DNA from: the human T2T-CHM13v2.0 reference genome, Homo sapiens
Reading direction: 5' to 3' (one strand)
Length of the DNA stretch: 64,000 nt
Assembly (NCBI RefSeq): GCF_009914755.1
Contig: NC_060938.1
Shown here: in pieces, positions 26,905 through 41,040 of the stretch
How positions within the stretch are numbered: the stretch's first letter is position 1
Layout of the letters: every line of letters begins with the position of its first letter
Translations under genes and position numbers: made by a program
Notes under the pieces: generated by a model
The model's database searches: none
What the model was told of the DNA's origin: nothing
Seen by the model: the letters and a program-made list of their open reading frames with translations, nothing else

Positions 26905-27974
26905 CTAAATGCAGAAACAGAAGTCTATGAAAGCTTGCTTAGTTTTTATCTACTCCACTGTAAGGGCAAGTTCACACACTGCTGCTTTTTATTTTTTATG
27001 CATAAAAAAGTTTATTCAATAAACTTTCTGCTGAAATTTTCCTTTGACTTTAGTAGGGATTTAAAACATCCTTTTTCCCAGTCAATCTGTGATTGGTAGG
27101 GCATAACAAGAGAAAAGGATGCCCTGGCAAAGAGCCTATTTTCTTATATTATAAAATATATTCATAATAAAAAATGATAAAATAGAACAGTTTGAGCTCT
27201 TCCCAGTCACTGAATGTTATTCCATCCATACATCTACAAAGCCTCAGTTCTCATCTATATACCCTAAGGAAGAAATTGACAAGGTAAATTTCTCATTTTC
27301 CTAATTTAAGGCAACTGAAGCCCTAGAGTCTCCGATAATTGATGTTCATGGACATTTAGGATTTACACTCTTCAGGAAATAGACAATTCATACATTTTAA
27401 CACTCAAATCAACTTTGAGTGCCCTTCTATGCCTCTATAAGTAATAAAGATGTGACGATCAATTTTGCACATTTTCTTACTGGCATCTTACATGGGCTGT
27501 GAAAGTTTAATAGGGGTCTATTTCTGAAAATTATGCTATGTTTATTCAGCTATTCTGATACCCAAGGATTTGGAAAGGTGAATCATTCATTCTGTTGCTT
27601 AGAGAGATATTTACAAAGAAAAGGAATCTGAGTTTCCTTCCAAATCTAAAATTTTTTTTCAAAATGTGCTTTGTTGAACAGGTTATTGCTTACCAGGTGT
27701 CCCCTAAATAATGTTTTCTTTTCTTAGAGGATAATTTCTAACTAGCACATTTGCAAGTGACCAACCTTTGTATGAAGAAATTTTTTTCTGTTAGCCAACT
27801 ATCTCTTTGATCAAATGCAGTTGTGTTCATTTGGCCACACAGTGTTGACTTTCCCAACTATAAAATTGCACCAAAGAATGGACTTTTGTGTCCACCTGCT
27901 TCCTTCAGCCTGAAAAAAATATATGCGTATTGCATACACAGCATTAACAGTAAAATAAAATGAATGCACTGGCT

Positions 27975-28298
27975 CTGAAGTATGACCTGCAGACAATCAG
28001 CATCACAAAACTTGTGAGAAATGTTCATTCTTGCCCCCGCCCTCAGACCTAGTGAATCAGAATATACAGGAGTGGGGCCCAACAATCTGAGGTTTAATAA
28101 ACCCTCTAAGCGATTCTGATGCAAATTAAACACACCTAAAGCACATTTTTTAAAATGATAATGTAGGGGAAAGTGGAAGGTGAGGCATATCCAACTAATT
28201 AAGTCAAAATTTCTGGGGCTGGGGCCTGGACAATTATCTGTTTTTAAAGCTCCCAGGTAATTCTAATGAACAGCCAGATTTGAGAGCCACTGCTCTAG
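27975..28298. mobile_element. MER5A/B fragments
   Basis: 'cagacctagtgaatcagaat', 'ggggcccaacaatctg' and 'ccaggtaattctaat...ttgagagccactgctcta'. Confidence 0.75.
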
Positions 28299-31200
28299 AG
28301 ACACCATGTCTCAAGTGGTGAAAATCACTCTCCAAATTACTGGTTTTGCAATTTACTTGTTCTATTTATTGAGGTGTTTATTTTATTGCCTTATTAGCTT
28401 GAGGTGAGAGTCTAAGTATTATTTGTATCCTACCCCCTGCAGTGCTTAGCACAATCCCATGCACACGCTTTAATGAGAATATATTTCAATACTTGCTTCA
28501 CAAAGAACCTTTCTACTTGGTTCTCGCATCAAACTTCTGAAATAGGCAGACCATTATTATTTTTTTAAAAAAATAGGGCTCACAGAGGGTAACTGACTGA
28601 CTTTCTCACAACTAATTACAGCAGAACCTGAACGACCAACCCAGATATCTTTCCACCACAAAGGTTTCTCCTTTTCTCCTATCCCACCTCCCCACTACCA
28701 CTTCAGGGCCCAAATTTATGTCTTTCAAAAGGCACCCCTAGGCTTCAACATTCTCACCAGCTTCAGAGAGTTAGAGCTATGTCCACCCTGCAGAGACATG
28801 AGGCATCGTTCATTTCAAGGTGTTGAAATGCTGCAAATAAAGAACACAATCTTTGCTAAGAAAGTTCTCAAAAGGAGGGAAGTAGGTAATAAAATGAACA
28901 TGTCTCTGGGTTTATTGAGCTTTACCACCAATAAAAAGAAATCATCAAGTGGATGTGACAGTATACTTTTTTCTAAAAGAATTTGCTATGGTTTTAATCA
29001 CAGCTTTCAGATGGCTCAACACTTTCTGTCATGAAAATGTGGACCCAATGAAGTTATAACCTGAGTAGCATGCAAATATATCCCCATGAGGGCCATGCAC
29101 CATCTGCAAGAAAGGCCTGTAAATAATCCTTCTTTTCCTTCCAAATCCAAACGATTATACGGTACACAAGCCTTATTTACAGATGGATCACTGTACACAC
29201 TCTCATTAGAGGCTTCGGAGTGTTATTTCCTTTTTCCCAGCATCTTAATGTTGAATAATCGGTCTGCATTCCTCAGAGTGTGAGTGGGCTATGTGAAATA
29301 TTTTAGGTCTTGATCAGAAGTGTATTCAGGGAGCAGCCTCTGCCCTTGGACAGAACCAGCATCTGTCTCGATTATCAGTGTTCTAAAGAAGTCAATCTTG
29401 AGGCATATATTATGTTTATTTCCAGAAGTTGTACAATTCCAAAGATTTTGTAAGTTTTTTTTACTGAATTCCCATAATAAAATTTAAATCTTGATAATCC
29501 AAATAGGGAACAAAGCTAAAGAAAGAGGATTATGTAAGATCATATCTGCATCCTTGATTCAGATAAGAAGATACGTTACCATTCAGGAGGGGGAAAGTCC
29601 ATGAATCTGCCAGTGAAGATGTTAACACTGCAATGTTATATTAAGTCCTCTGGTGTCAGATCACACTCCCTCCTATGACCAAGAAACGTCACACCTTCTC
29701 CCTGATGGTCATCAAATAAGAAAAAGGAAGTGAGCTGGTAAGGAAGTGAGCTGGTAAACAAGCAGAAAAGGATATGACAGTAAAAATAAAATTAAAGATT
29801 TAAAACAGAAACCATAAGAAGTTGTTAACAGGATAAACCTCATGTAAGGAGCACTGAGAAGAGAAGCCAACATTAAAATACTTATTCATAGTCAAAATTT
29901 AGAGGTTACTAATATAAGACGTAGAATTAAGAGCCTAAATTCTAATTGTGGATCCACTAATTTGTGTGATCTCTGATAGTTTATTTCACCTTTCTATGCC
30001 TCAGTATCTTCACCTGTGAAGTGGGGAATGGTTCTTATGAAAGACACTTGGCACATAGCACGCAGTAATATTTGCTATTATTATTCCTTGAGGTCTTCCT
30101 TAGACTCTTCTTTTTCTGTAAAACCTACAGGATAGAAATTGAAGGTGGTTCTTTTGGCTCACCCTAGCTTTAACTTTGTGCTCCTGGCCATGGTAATGAA
30201 AGCTTCCTCTTCAGTAACTCACACCTCTGGCCTCCTTACTTTTCATGACCATCTTCAAACATCTTCAGCTCTTTTCCTCCCTTATGCTTAATATATAAGT
30301 TGCAAAGACTTTCAAGTCTAACTTATTTTAGTTGTACAGGAACTCTATCCTGCAGATTATGCAAGAAAATGAATGAGTTTTGCTAACATAGGGTATAAAA
30401 ATCATATGTAACTTTCAAATCTACAGTAAATCAAGGGCTACTACATCTGGAAAGACTGCCAGCAGGGATGAGCTGACATCACTTGCATTTATTTTGTAGA
30501 AGAAATACCCAGGTCAAAATAACTAATATTTAAGTTGGACCCAAGAACTACTGAGGTTCAGGACAAGATTTAAATAGCTGGGCTACATGATGTATGTATA
30601 CCCCAAGACAAGCATCCTCCAAATTCCACTGTGTTATTTATATCCAATATTTTTCCTCTTCTGTAATGTTAATCTACTCAGTAAATATCTAAAAATAAAG
30701 CTTAAGAGAGGTTCCAAGATGGCCAAATAGGAACAGCTCCAGTCTACAGTTCCCAACATGAGTGATGCAGAAGACGGGTGATTTCTGCATTTCCAACTGA
30801 GGTACCAGGTTCATCTCGCTGTGGCTTGTTGGACAGTGGGTGCAGCCCACGGAGTGTGAGCCAAAGCAGAGAGGGGCATCACCTCACCCAGGAAGCGCAG
30901 GGAATTCCCTTTCCTAGCCAAGGTAAGCCATGACAGATGGTACCTGGAAAATTGGGATACTCCCACCCTAATACTGCACTTTTAAAAAGGTCTTAGCAAA
31001 TGGCACACCAGGAGATTATATCCCATGCCTGGCTCGGAGGGTCCCATGCCCATGGAGCCTCACTCACTGCTAGCACAAAAGTCTGAGATTGAACTGCAAG
31101 GTGGCAGTGAGGCTGGAGGAGGGGCGCCCGCCATTGCTGAGGCTTGTGTAGGTAAACAAAGCCACCAGGAAGCTTGAACTGGGTGGAGCCCACCACAGCT

Positions 31201-31707
31201 CAAGGAGGCCTGCCTGCCTCTGTAGACTCCACCTCTGGGTACAGGGCATAGCTGAACAAAAGGTAGCAGAAACTTCTGCAGACTTAAACGTCCCTGTCTG
31301 ACAGCTTTGAAGAAGTAATGGTTCTCCTAGCACAGAGTTTGAGATCTGAGAACGGACAGACTGCCTCCTCAAGTGGGTCCCAGATCCCCGAGTAGCCTAA
31401 CTGGGAGACACCTCCCAGTAGGGGCCGACTGACACCTCATACAGCCTGGTGCCCCTCTGAGACGAAGCTTCCACAGGAAGGATCAGGCAGCAACATTTGC
31501 CGTTCTGCAATATTTGCTGTTCTGCAACCTCCACTGGTGATACCCAGGCAAAAAGGGTCTGGAGTGGACCGCCAGCAAACTCCAACTGATTTGCAGCTGA
31601 TGGTCCTGACTGCTAGAAGGAAAACTAACAAACAGAAAGGACATCCACACCAAAACCCCATCTATACGTCACCATCATCAAAGACCAAAGGTAGATAAAA
31701 CCACAAA

Positions 31708-33050
<1,343 letters not shown>

Positions 33051-33113
33051 AGACCATCGATGCTAGGAAGAAACTGCATCAACTAACGAGCAAAATAAAC
33101 AGCTAACATCATA

Positions 33114-35286
33114 ATGACAGGATTAAATTCACACATAACAATATTAACCTTAAATGTAAATGAGCTAAATGCTCCAATTAAAAGATACAGACTGGCAAAT
33201 TGGATAAAGAGTCAAGACCCATCAGTGTGCTGTATTCAGGAGACCCATCTTACAAGCAGAGACACACATAGGCTCAAAATAAAGGGATGGAGGAAGATCT
33301 ACCAAGCAAATGGAAAAAAAAAAAAAAAGGCAGGGGTTGCAATCCTAGACGCTGATAAAACAGATTAAGCCAACAAAGATCAAAAGACAAATAAGGCCGT
33401 TACATAATGGTAAAGGGATCAATTCAACAAGAAGAGCTAACTATCCTAAATATATATGCACCCAATACAGGAGCACACAGATTCGTAAAGCAAGTTCTTA
33501 GAGACCTACAAAGAGACTTAGACTCCCACACAATAATAATGGGAGACTTTAACACCCCACTGTCAACATTAGACAGATCAATGAGACAGAAAGTTAACAA
33601 GGATATCCAGGAACTGAACTCAGCTCTGCATCAAGCAGACCTAATAGACATCTACAGAATTCTCCACCCCAAATTAACAGAATATACATTCTTCTCAGCA
33701 CCACACTGCACTTATTCCAAAATTGACCAAGTAGTTGGAAGTAAAGCACTCCTCAGCAAATGCAAAAGAACAGAAATTATAACAAACTGTCTCTCAGACC
33801 ACAGTGCAATCAAACTAGAACTCAGGATTAAGAAACTCACTCAAAACCACTCAACTACATGGAAACTGAACAGCCTGCTCCTGAATGACTACTGGGTACA
33901 TAACGAAATGAAGGCAGAAATAAAGATGTTCTTTGAAACCAATGAGAACAAAGACACAACATACCAAAATCTCTGGGACACATTTAAAGCACTGTGTAGA
34001 GGGAAATTTATAGCACTAAATGCCCACAAGAGAAAGCAGGAAAGATCTAAAGTCAACACCCTAACATCACAATTAAAAGAACTAGAGAAGCAAGAGCAAA
34101 CACATTCAAAAGCTAGCAGAAGGCAAGAAACAACTAAGATCAGAGCAGAACTGAAGGAGACAGAGACACAAAAAGCCTTCAAAAAATCAATGAATCCAGG
34201 AGCTGGTTTTTTGAAAAGATCAACAAAATTGATAGACCGCTAGCAAGACTAATAAAGAAGAAAAGAGAGAAGAATCAAATAGACACAATAAAAAATGACA
34301 AAAGGGATATCACCACCTATCCCACAGAAATACAAACTACCATCAGAGAATACTATAAACACTTCTACACAAATAAACTAGAAAATCTACAAGAAATGGA
34401 TAAATTCCTGGACACATACGCACTCCCAAGACTAAACCAGGAAGAAGTTGAATCCCTGAATAGACCAATAACAGGCCCTGAAATTCAGGCAATAATTAAT
34501 AGCCTACCAACCAAAAAAAGTCCAGGACCAGATGGATTCACAGCCAAATTCTACCAGAGGTACAAAGAGGAGCTGGTACCACTCCTTCTGAAACTATTCC
34601 AATCTATAGAAAAAGAGGGAATCCTCCCTAACTCATTTGATGAGGCCAGCATCATCCTGATACCAAAGCCTGTCAGAGAGACAACAAAAAAAAGAGATTT
34701 TTAGACCAATATCCCTGATGAACATCGATGTAAAAATCCTCAATAAAATACTGGCAGCCTGGGCGACAGAGCAAGACTCCGTCTTAAAAATAAAATAAAA
34801 TAAAAAATAAAAGTGGCGATAATTAAAAAGTCAGGAAACAACAGGTGCTGGAGAGGATGTGGAGAAATAGGAACACTTTTACACTGGTGGTGGGACTGTA
34901 AACTAGTTCAACCATTGTGGAAGACAGCGTGATGATTCCTCAAGGGTCCAGAACTAGAAATACCATTTGACCCAGCCATCCCATTACTGGGTATATACCC
35001 AAAGGATTATAAATCATGCTGCTATAAAGGCACATGCACACGTGTGTTTATTGCGGCACTATTCACAATAGCAAAGACCTGGAACCAACCCAAATGTCCA
35101 TAAATGATAGACTGGATTAAGAAAATGTGGCACATATACACCATGGAATACTATGCAGCCATAAAAAAGGATGAGTTCATGTCCTTTGTAGTGACATGGA
35201 TGAAGCTGGAAACCATCATTCTCAGCAAACTATCGCAAGGACAAAAAACCAAACACCGCATATTCTCACTCATAGGTGGCAATTGA
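33114..35286 (+). pseudogene. L1 ORF2p, frameshifted; endonuclease domain present, most of RT deleted
   Basis: MTGLNSHITILTLNVN, CCIQETHL, GDFN, SDH and KSPGPDGF; breaks after KILNKILA at 34756 and resumes in the C-terminal region at 34813. Confidence 0.95.
34755..34812 (+). repeat. Alu 3' end plus patterned A-tail copied from 15306-15363
   Basis: cagcctgggcgacagagcaagactccgtcttaaaaataaaataaaataaaaaataaaa equals the reverse complement of 15306-15363 with 2 CpG-type differences. Confidence 0.95.
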
Positions 35287-37530
35287 ACAATGAGAACACC
35301 TGGACACACGGTGGGGAACATCACACACTGGGGCCTGTTGTGGGGTTGGGGGGAGGGGGGATGGATAGCATTAGGAGATATACCTAATGTAAATGACGAG
35401 TTAATGGGTGTAGCACACCAACATGGCACAAGTATACTTATGTAACAAACCTGCACGTTGTGCACATGCACCCTAGAACTTAAAGTATAATTAAAATAAG
35501 TAAATAAATAAAAATAAAGCTTAGTATAAACTTGATATATGGTCTAATCAACTCTTCAATCTGACCATAATCAATATGTTTTAAAGCCAGGATTCTGGCC
35601 ATGTTTTTAAGAATTGGTGCTACCTATTTCTTTCTAAAACTAATATTCATGGTCCTATGTATTAGCTAAGCTTCTTCCAAAATGTTCGTGTATCTATAGT
35701 GAAGTAAAAAACAACCGAATATTTATTTAGGAAACTTCCCGATGTCTTTTTCAGTGCTGAGTTAATAATTAATCTGACTCTGAGACACAAGAGAGAAAAA
35801 AATGTTAATATATTAGTGCGATTCTGACTGGATTTAATTTTTAAATTATCTCAAAGAGCTCAATAGCATGTTGGTGATTTATAGAGCAATTTCTATGTGA
35901 ACAGCTATTAGACTCCTAGTGACAATCCAACAGATGAGACATCCTGTTTTATGAAGAAAGGAAGGAGTAGTCAGAGAGACCTGAGGTGATTTCTATTTAT
36001 TTTCCTTTTTGGAATAAGCAAAACTAGTGTTTCTTTGCATACCCATTCTTCTAGACAAACATTTCTCAAGTGGCATTCCACAAAATGCCAATCTTTCCAC
36101 ATTTGCCACTGTAAAACTGAAGGGTTATTCTGCTTCTATTGGGGATATGCTGGAATACAGGGAATGATAATAAAATGAAAACTTCTGAAGAAGATGATTA
36201 GGTGAGACCAGTTCCACAATTTACTTGTTGGAATCATCTCCATTACCTCTCATACATTCAAAAGCCTGCTTGGGGTACAGCCTAGGGTTTGGTAGTGCAG
36301 AATGTCAACACGTACTAATCCTAGATCCAATCCCTATTCTGGAGTCTCTGTTATGTCATTATATATTATGGTGATAGTGATACCTATTTTCTAGAGTCAC
36401 TATGAAGATTATTTTGGATAATTCATGTAAAAAGCCATCCATATAATGGGTACTCAATAAAGAACATACATTTTCCTACTTTCTGTGCTTTTATTTCCTT
36501 CAGTGCGTTTTTTCCAATTAATTTTATTTATTACTTGAGTTAGATAAGTGTGAAATATTAAGTTAATTCTTGGGATATCTGAATAATTAAAGTGAGGGGT
36601 AGGCTGAGGAAGAACCCAATAATAGGGTTAGATGGAGTCTAAGATCACTGGGAAAAAATCATAGCATCTTCGACTTATAAGGATCTATATCTCACAAGAA
36701 AGTAAAGATTGTTGGAAAGCATTGAATGGGATTTGAAAGCAAGACTAAATTAAGCCATAGAGCAGACATTTTATCTGTGTCTGTGCATACCAAGCAAAAT
36801 GAAAGATTAACAGGAATCACTTAGATAACAAATCAGCAGAACAGGGCCTTTCTTTCCTCAAATAGTCACATATTTCAGAACAATAGTGTATTCTCTTCAA
36901 TTATTCAGTAATTGCTTCAATTCTGTAATTCGTGTGCTACACATATAGATATGTCCTATTTCTCTGAGATTCTACAAAGAAGAAAATGGCTGCTTAGTTG
37001 TACTCTGGTCATGAAAAAGCAATTTAAAAAGCAATCAAGCCATTTGGTTAAAGGCAGACCAGGAGAGTGCAAATCTAAGATTATAGAGCACTTTTATGAG
37101 TCATCCAGGGCTCAAAGAATATTGCAGCTTTAGGATCAACCTAAAGAACATATCCCAAATTTTATGGCCTCTATGTAGTTAAGGAAATACAATTTCACTC
37201 TTTCCTTCTGCCCAGGCACTACACAAGATTATTTATCAGGTGGGAGGCAGAAGAAATAGACAAACTCCTAAGGCCTTTTCCCATCAAAGTCTGCTTTGTT
37301 CAAAGGTCCATTTCCCTTTATTAGCCTGCACTCTTAGGCTATGGCTGTAAACAGAATAAACAGTACAACTGAGGCTACTATCCAAGTAGTTCATTTCTAA
37401 AACTCCTGCTTTCATTGCAAATGTCTCAGTGCTTTTTGCCCTAAATTATACATATACTATCATAATTTTATATTACATTTCATTTTCCATGTATAGATAG
37501 ACAGACTTATGTTAACTAAGGAGTTCATCT

Positions 37531-37577
37531 AAGATTATAACGTATTCTAAAAACAAAAAAAGATTATAATGTATTCT
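37531..37577 (+). mobile_element. Solo poly(A) insertion with 18-bp TSD
   Basis: aagattataacgtattct-aaaaacaaaaa-aagattataatgtattct. Confidence 0.65.
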
Positions 37578-37829
37578 GTTTGCTATGCTTGGTAATGAAG
37601 AACAAGGCATTGAATTACAAAGTTCCTAAAGTCATTGACATGGCAAGATGAATTCCATTCTGGTCAGTAAAAAGAGAGTTTATTTTTCTAAGGTCCTGAA
37701 AATCAAGCTAAGTTTGTATAATTCATGAGGTTTTGTTTAAATTATTTTTAAAAGCAGAATTATATGTAGGTCAAAAGCTAAATGACATTATTTTTGAAAT
37801 ACATTTTCTGTCTTATCCCTTGATATGTA

Positions 37830-38770
37830 GTTTCATTCCTATTGTCACTATCTTAGTTCAGATCTTGACTTTTTCTTATCATGACTATTGTGATGGTCTT
37901 TTAACTGGTCGTAACGTCTCCCAGCTTACACCCTTCCAATCTATCAGTTCATGCTGCCACCACATTTTTAAATAAAAACCCCAATAATAAAAGAGTATCT
38001 AAAGTGTTTCAAAAACACCCCACCACTACTATCTTTATTGCTTGGAAGAAAAAGTCACACAGTTCCACTGCATGTATGTGAATACTTCAAAGCCTGTGGA
38101 AACTTCAACAATTTCCTCAGGCTCATTTCTCACCAATTATCCATTAGCATCAATCACTTACACTTCTCCAAGTATGATGCATTTCATATCCCTGTGTTTG
38201 TGTGTTGCTTCCTTCACTTTGTCCACATATGGATAACCATCTTTAATACAACTCTGGTTTTTCTTTGGTGTTTTCCCTGGTGTCTACCCATCTCCGGGAT
38301 GAACTGACCAATTCATCTTTGGTGTCCCCATACTATGGAACTCCATTTGTTGAAATTATATTCAATCTTCAAAGCCAATATTAAATGTTTTCTCCCTAAA
38401 TTGGATAACCATATGATTTTTCTTCTAAACTGGAATGCTTTAAAGAGTGGAAGAGGGCCTACTAATAGTTATCCTATGACAACAGATATAAACTGGAGGT
38501 ATCCCACAGAAACCAGGACATATGTTTGTCCAATCCATAAAGGCCTTGTTTGATGAGCAAAACTGAAAGAGTCTTTCCACCTTATACTTCTCTTATACCA
38601 TTGCATCCTTGCAATATTCTCATCTGTTTGTCTTATACCTATCAATGAGTCATATGCTCCTTAAGGGCAGGAATTATATTTTATTCATCTTCATATTCTC
38701 TACAATACCTGCCACATTTCTTCACATATAAAAAGTATTTCATAAATACTTGTTATCTTAATGGATAAGT
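37830..38770 (+). mobile_element. L2 remnants
   Basis: 'cccttccaatctatc...catgctgcc', 'ctccttaagggcaggaattatattttattcatct' and 'cataaatacttgtt'. Confidence 0.6.
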
Positions 38771-40479
38771 GTGATGCTATCTATGGCAGTATGAAGAAAC
38801 ACAACTAGATCTTTTAAATGACAGAACTTGTGGATTTCACTCTAATTAGCACTATGTTCATAACTAAACTAACCGATCTGTGTCAACTGTGCTTTGAAAT
38901 GCCAGCAATTTGTTTCACACATTCTTGAATTTGAGAAATGCTTTCTTTCTCCTGCATTGAGTTTCTGATATGTCTTGGTGATGAAGACAGACATCTAAAC
39001 TTTCAATTTTTCCTAAATAAATTACTTTTGAGGAAATTATCTTCCAAAATTCTTTGGCTCATTTAAAAACAAATTTTGCTTTCACTTGTTTTTTAGAAAT
39101 ATTATTCCATTTAATTAATTCAGTCACATGCCAAAATACTGAGAAACTTAAGAAAGAGCTAAATTATTTGATTCCAAAATAAAAAAGGTTATAAGTACAT
39201 ACCAAAGAGAAATTTTATTAACTAATAATTTTGAAGATGTCACATTCAGTGACCAGATTGTAGCTGATCATTAGAAAATTTTTACAGATACATTTTTTCC
39301 AGAAACTTATAAATTTCTCAAGGAATTCAAACACAGCATCTCCTATTAGAATCTTTATTCTAAAATACTTTTTAAATATAGTCTAATGAGAAAGAAATGC
39401 TACTTTTCTTAATTTTGTATCAAGTGGCTCTGTGTCTAGACAGTTAAATACCTTTTGTGGGGGAACCATGAAAGCAAACCAGCCATGGACCACACAGTTT
39501 TCTGATTAGATTATGCCTCCAATGTGGGAGATTATCCATTGCAGATAATCAAATCCACTGTCGCATTTCACATTGCTATTGTCAATGGACCAGCAATCCA
39601 GACTCAAGGAAATATTACTTCCAATAACTTAGATCTGGCTTTTGTCAGTAACTATATATCCGCTTGAGGAAGAAACAATTCTACTTCTCAACCTCTGCCA
39701 ATTTGTCAAGGCTTGATTATTTCACACCATTTTCTGAACTTAGAGTTTAATTTATTGCACTTGACTTAAAATATAAGTACCTAGTAATATCTAAGTTACA
39801 GGACTTTCATAGTACGGTAGACACCCAAGAGAAGTACTTAAAAGTTTTATTTTAAAAATATGTATTTGAGTAGAACCTATCCAGCACATTTCCCCCAGAC
39901 CGATCTTAACAAATTTGCTCACTTCCCCTTCCTACCAACTGCAAAACACAACAAACACAATACCCGTGATGAAATAACATCACAACCCATCACCAAATGT
40001 CACCTTCATTCTCAAGCAATAGATGCTGGATACTTTCCAATAACAGGTAAATCTATTTTAATTCATTTATATCTTCTGCATAGTTAAAGGGAATTTATAG
40101 AGGCTCATAGAAATGCATACAATAGAATGGGGTTTTTAAATGAGTAGATTCCAAAAAATCAAAACTAAAAGAAACTAGGGTAGGGTAATATTACATCAGG
40201 ATTCAAATTAGACACAGAAATGTATACCATAAGCCCTACATAATTACTGAAGATGGGCTGTAAATTTGACTCAGGCTTCTAGCAGCCAAAGCAAAAAGAG
40301 AATTCTTAGAGTTAATATAAGAGAAAACTGTGATTTTTCAGGAGAAGCTCCAATTTCTCAAATCTGATTTTTTTTAAAGAAATCTCCCCAAGGGCACTCA
40401 TTAAGGGGATTTTATGAGTTACACTGGACATTGTTCTTTTCTTCCCACTTCTAGTGAGTGAGTGAGTGAGTGAGTTTTA

Positions 40480-41040
40480 ATGATGTAATAAGCATCTGTG
40501 AATCTACCACAGATGACCAGAGGTAGGACCTTGACATTAACCTATACCACCTCTATTCTCCCAACCCAGCCCAATTCACAGACTCCTCCAAGAAAAATAA
40601 CCATCATCCTGTATCACATGCTCCTCATTACCTTGGTTCTCTTTATATATATATATATGTATAGGATTTTATATGTGCTCCTAAAATTTTACTTTCTCCT
40701 ATTTTAGTTGTTTGCAACTTTATAAAAATGGATATCATTTTGTACGTGATTTTAGGACTTATTCTCTCACTTAACAATGTATTTCTAAGATTCATTTATA
40801 TTACTGTATGTTGCTATAATTCATTTGTTTTGATTCCTTAATAATTTCCATTGTGTGACTATAACACAGTTCCTTTGTTTACTCCCTTTGGTGGATGTTT
40901 GGGTTATTTTGAGGTTTTTGCTATTGTGAATAGTGGAACTGTGAATATTGTGTACATGACTCCTGTTAAAAATGCACAGGAGTTTCACTTGGTTACATAT
41001 CTCAAAGTGAAACTGCCAGGTCATCAACTATGTATCATAT
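40480..41040 (-). mobile_element. L1ME-type 3' fragment
   Basis: 'ggatgtttgggttattttgaggtttttgctattgtgaatagtg' and 'ttctaagattcatttat'. Confidence 0.75.

Noticed and set aside
33407-34243. 278-aa ORF as a functional gene or active L1
   Set aside because: It is a fragment of L1 ORF2 bounded by frameshifts; ORF1 is broken by stops and an AluY, and the RT core is deleted.
39440-39620. Possible enhancer (GATA/TAAT/SOX-like motifs)
   Set aside because: Motif content cannot be distinguished from AT-rich background without conservation data.
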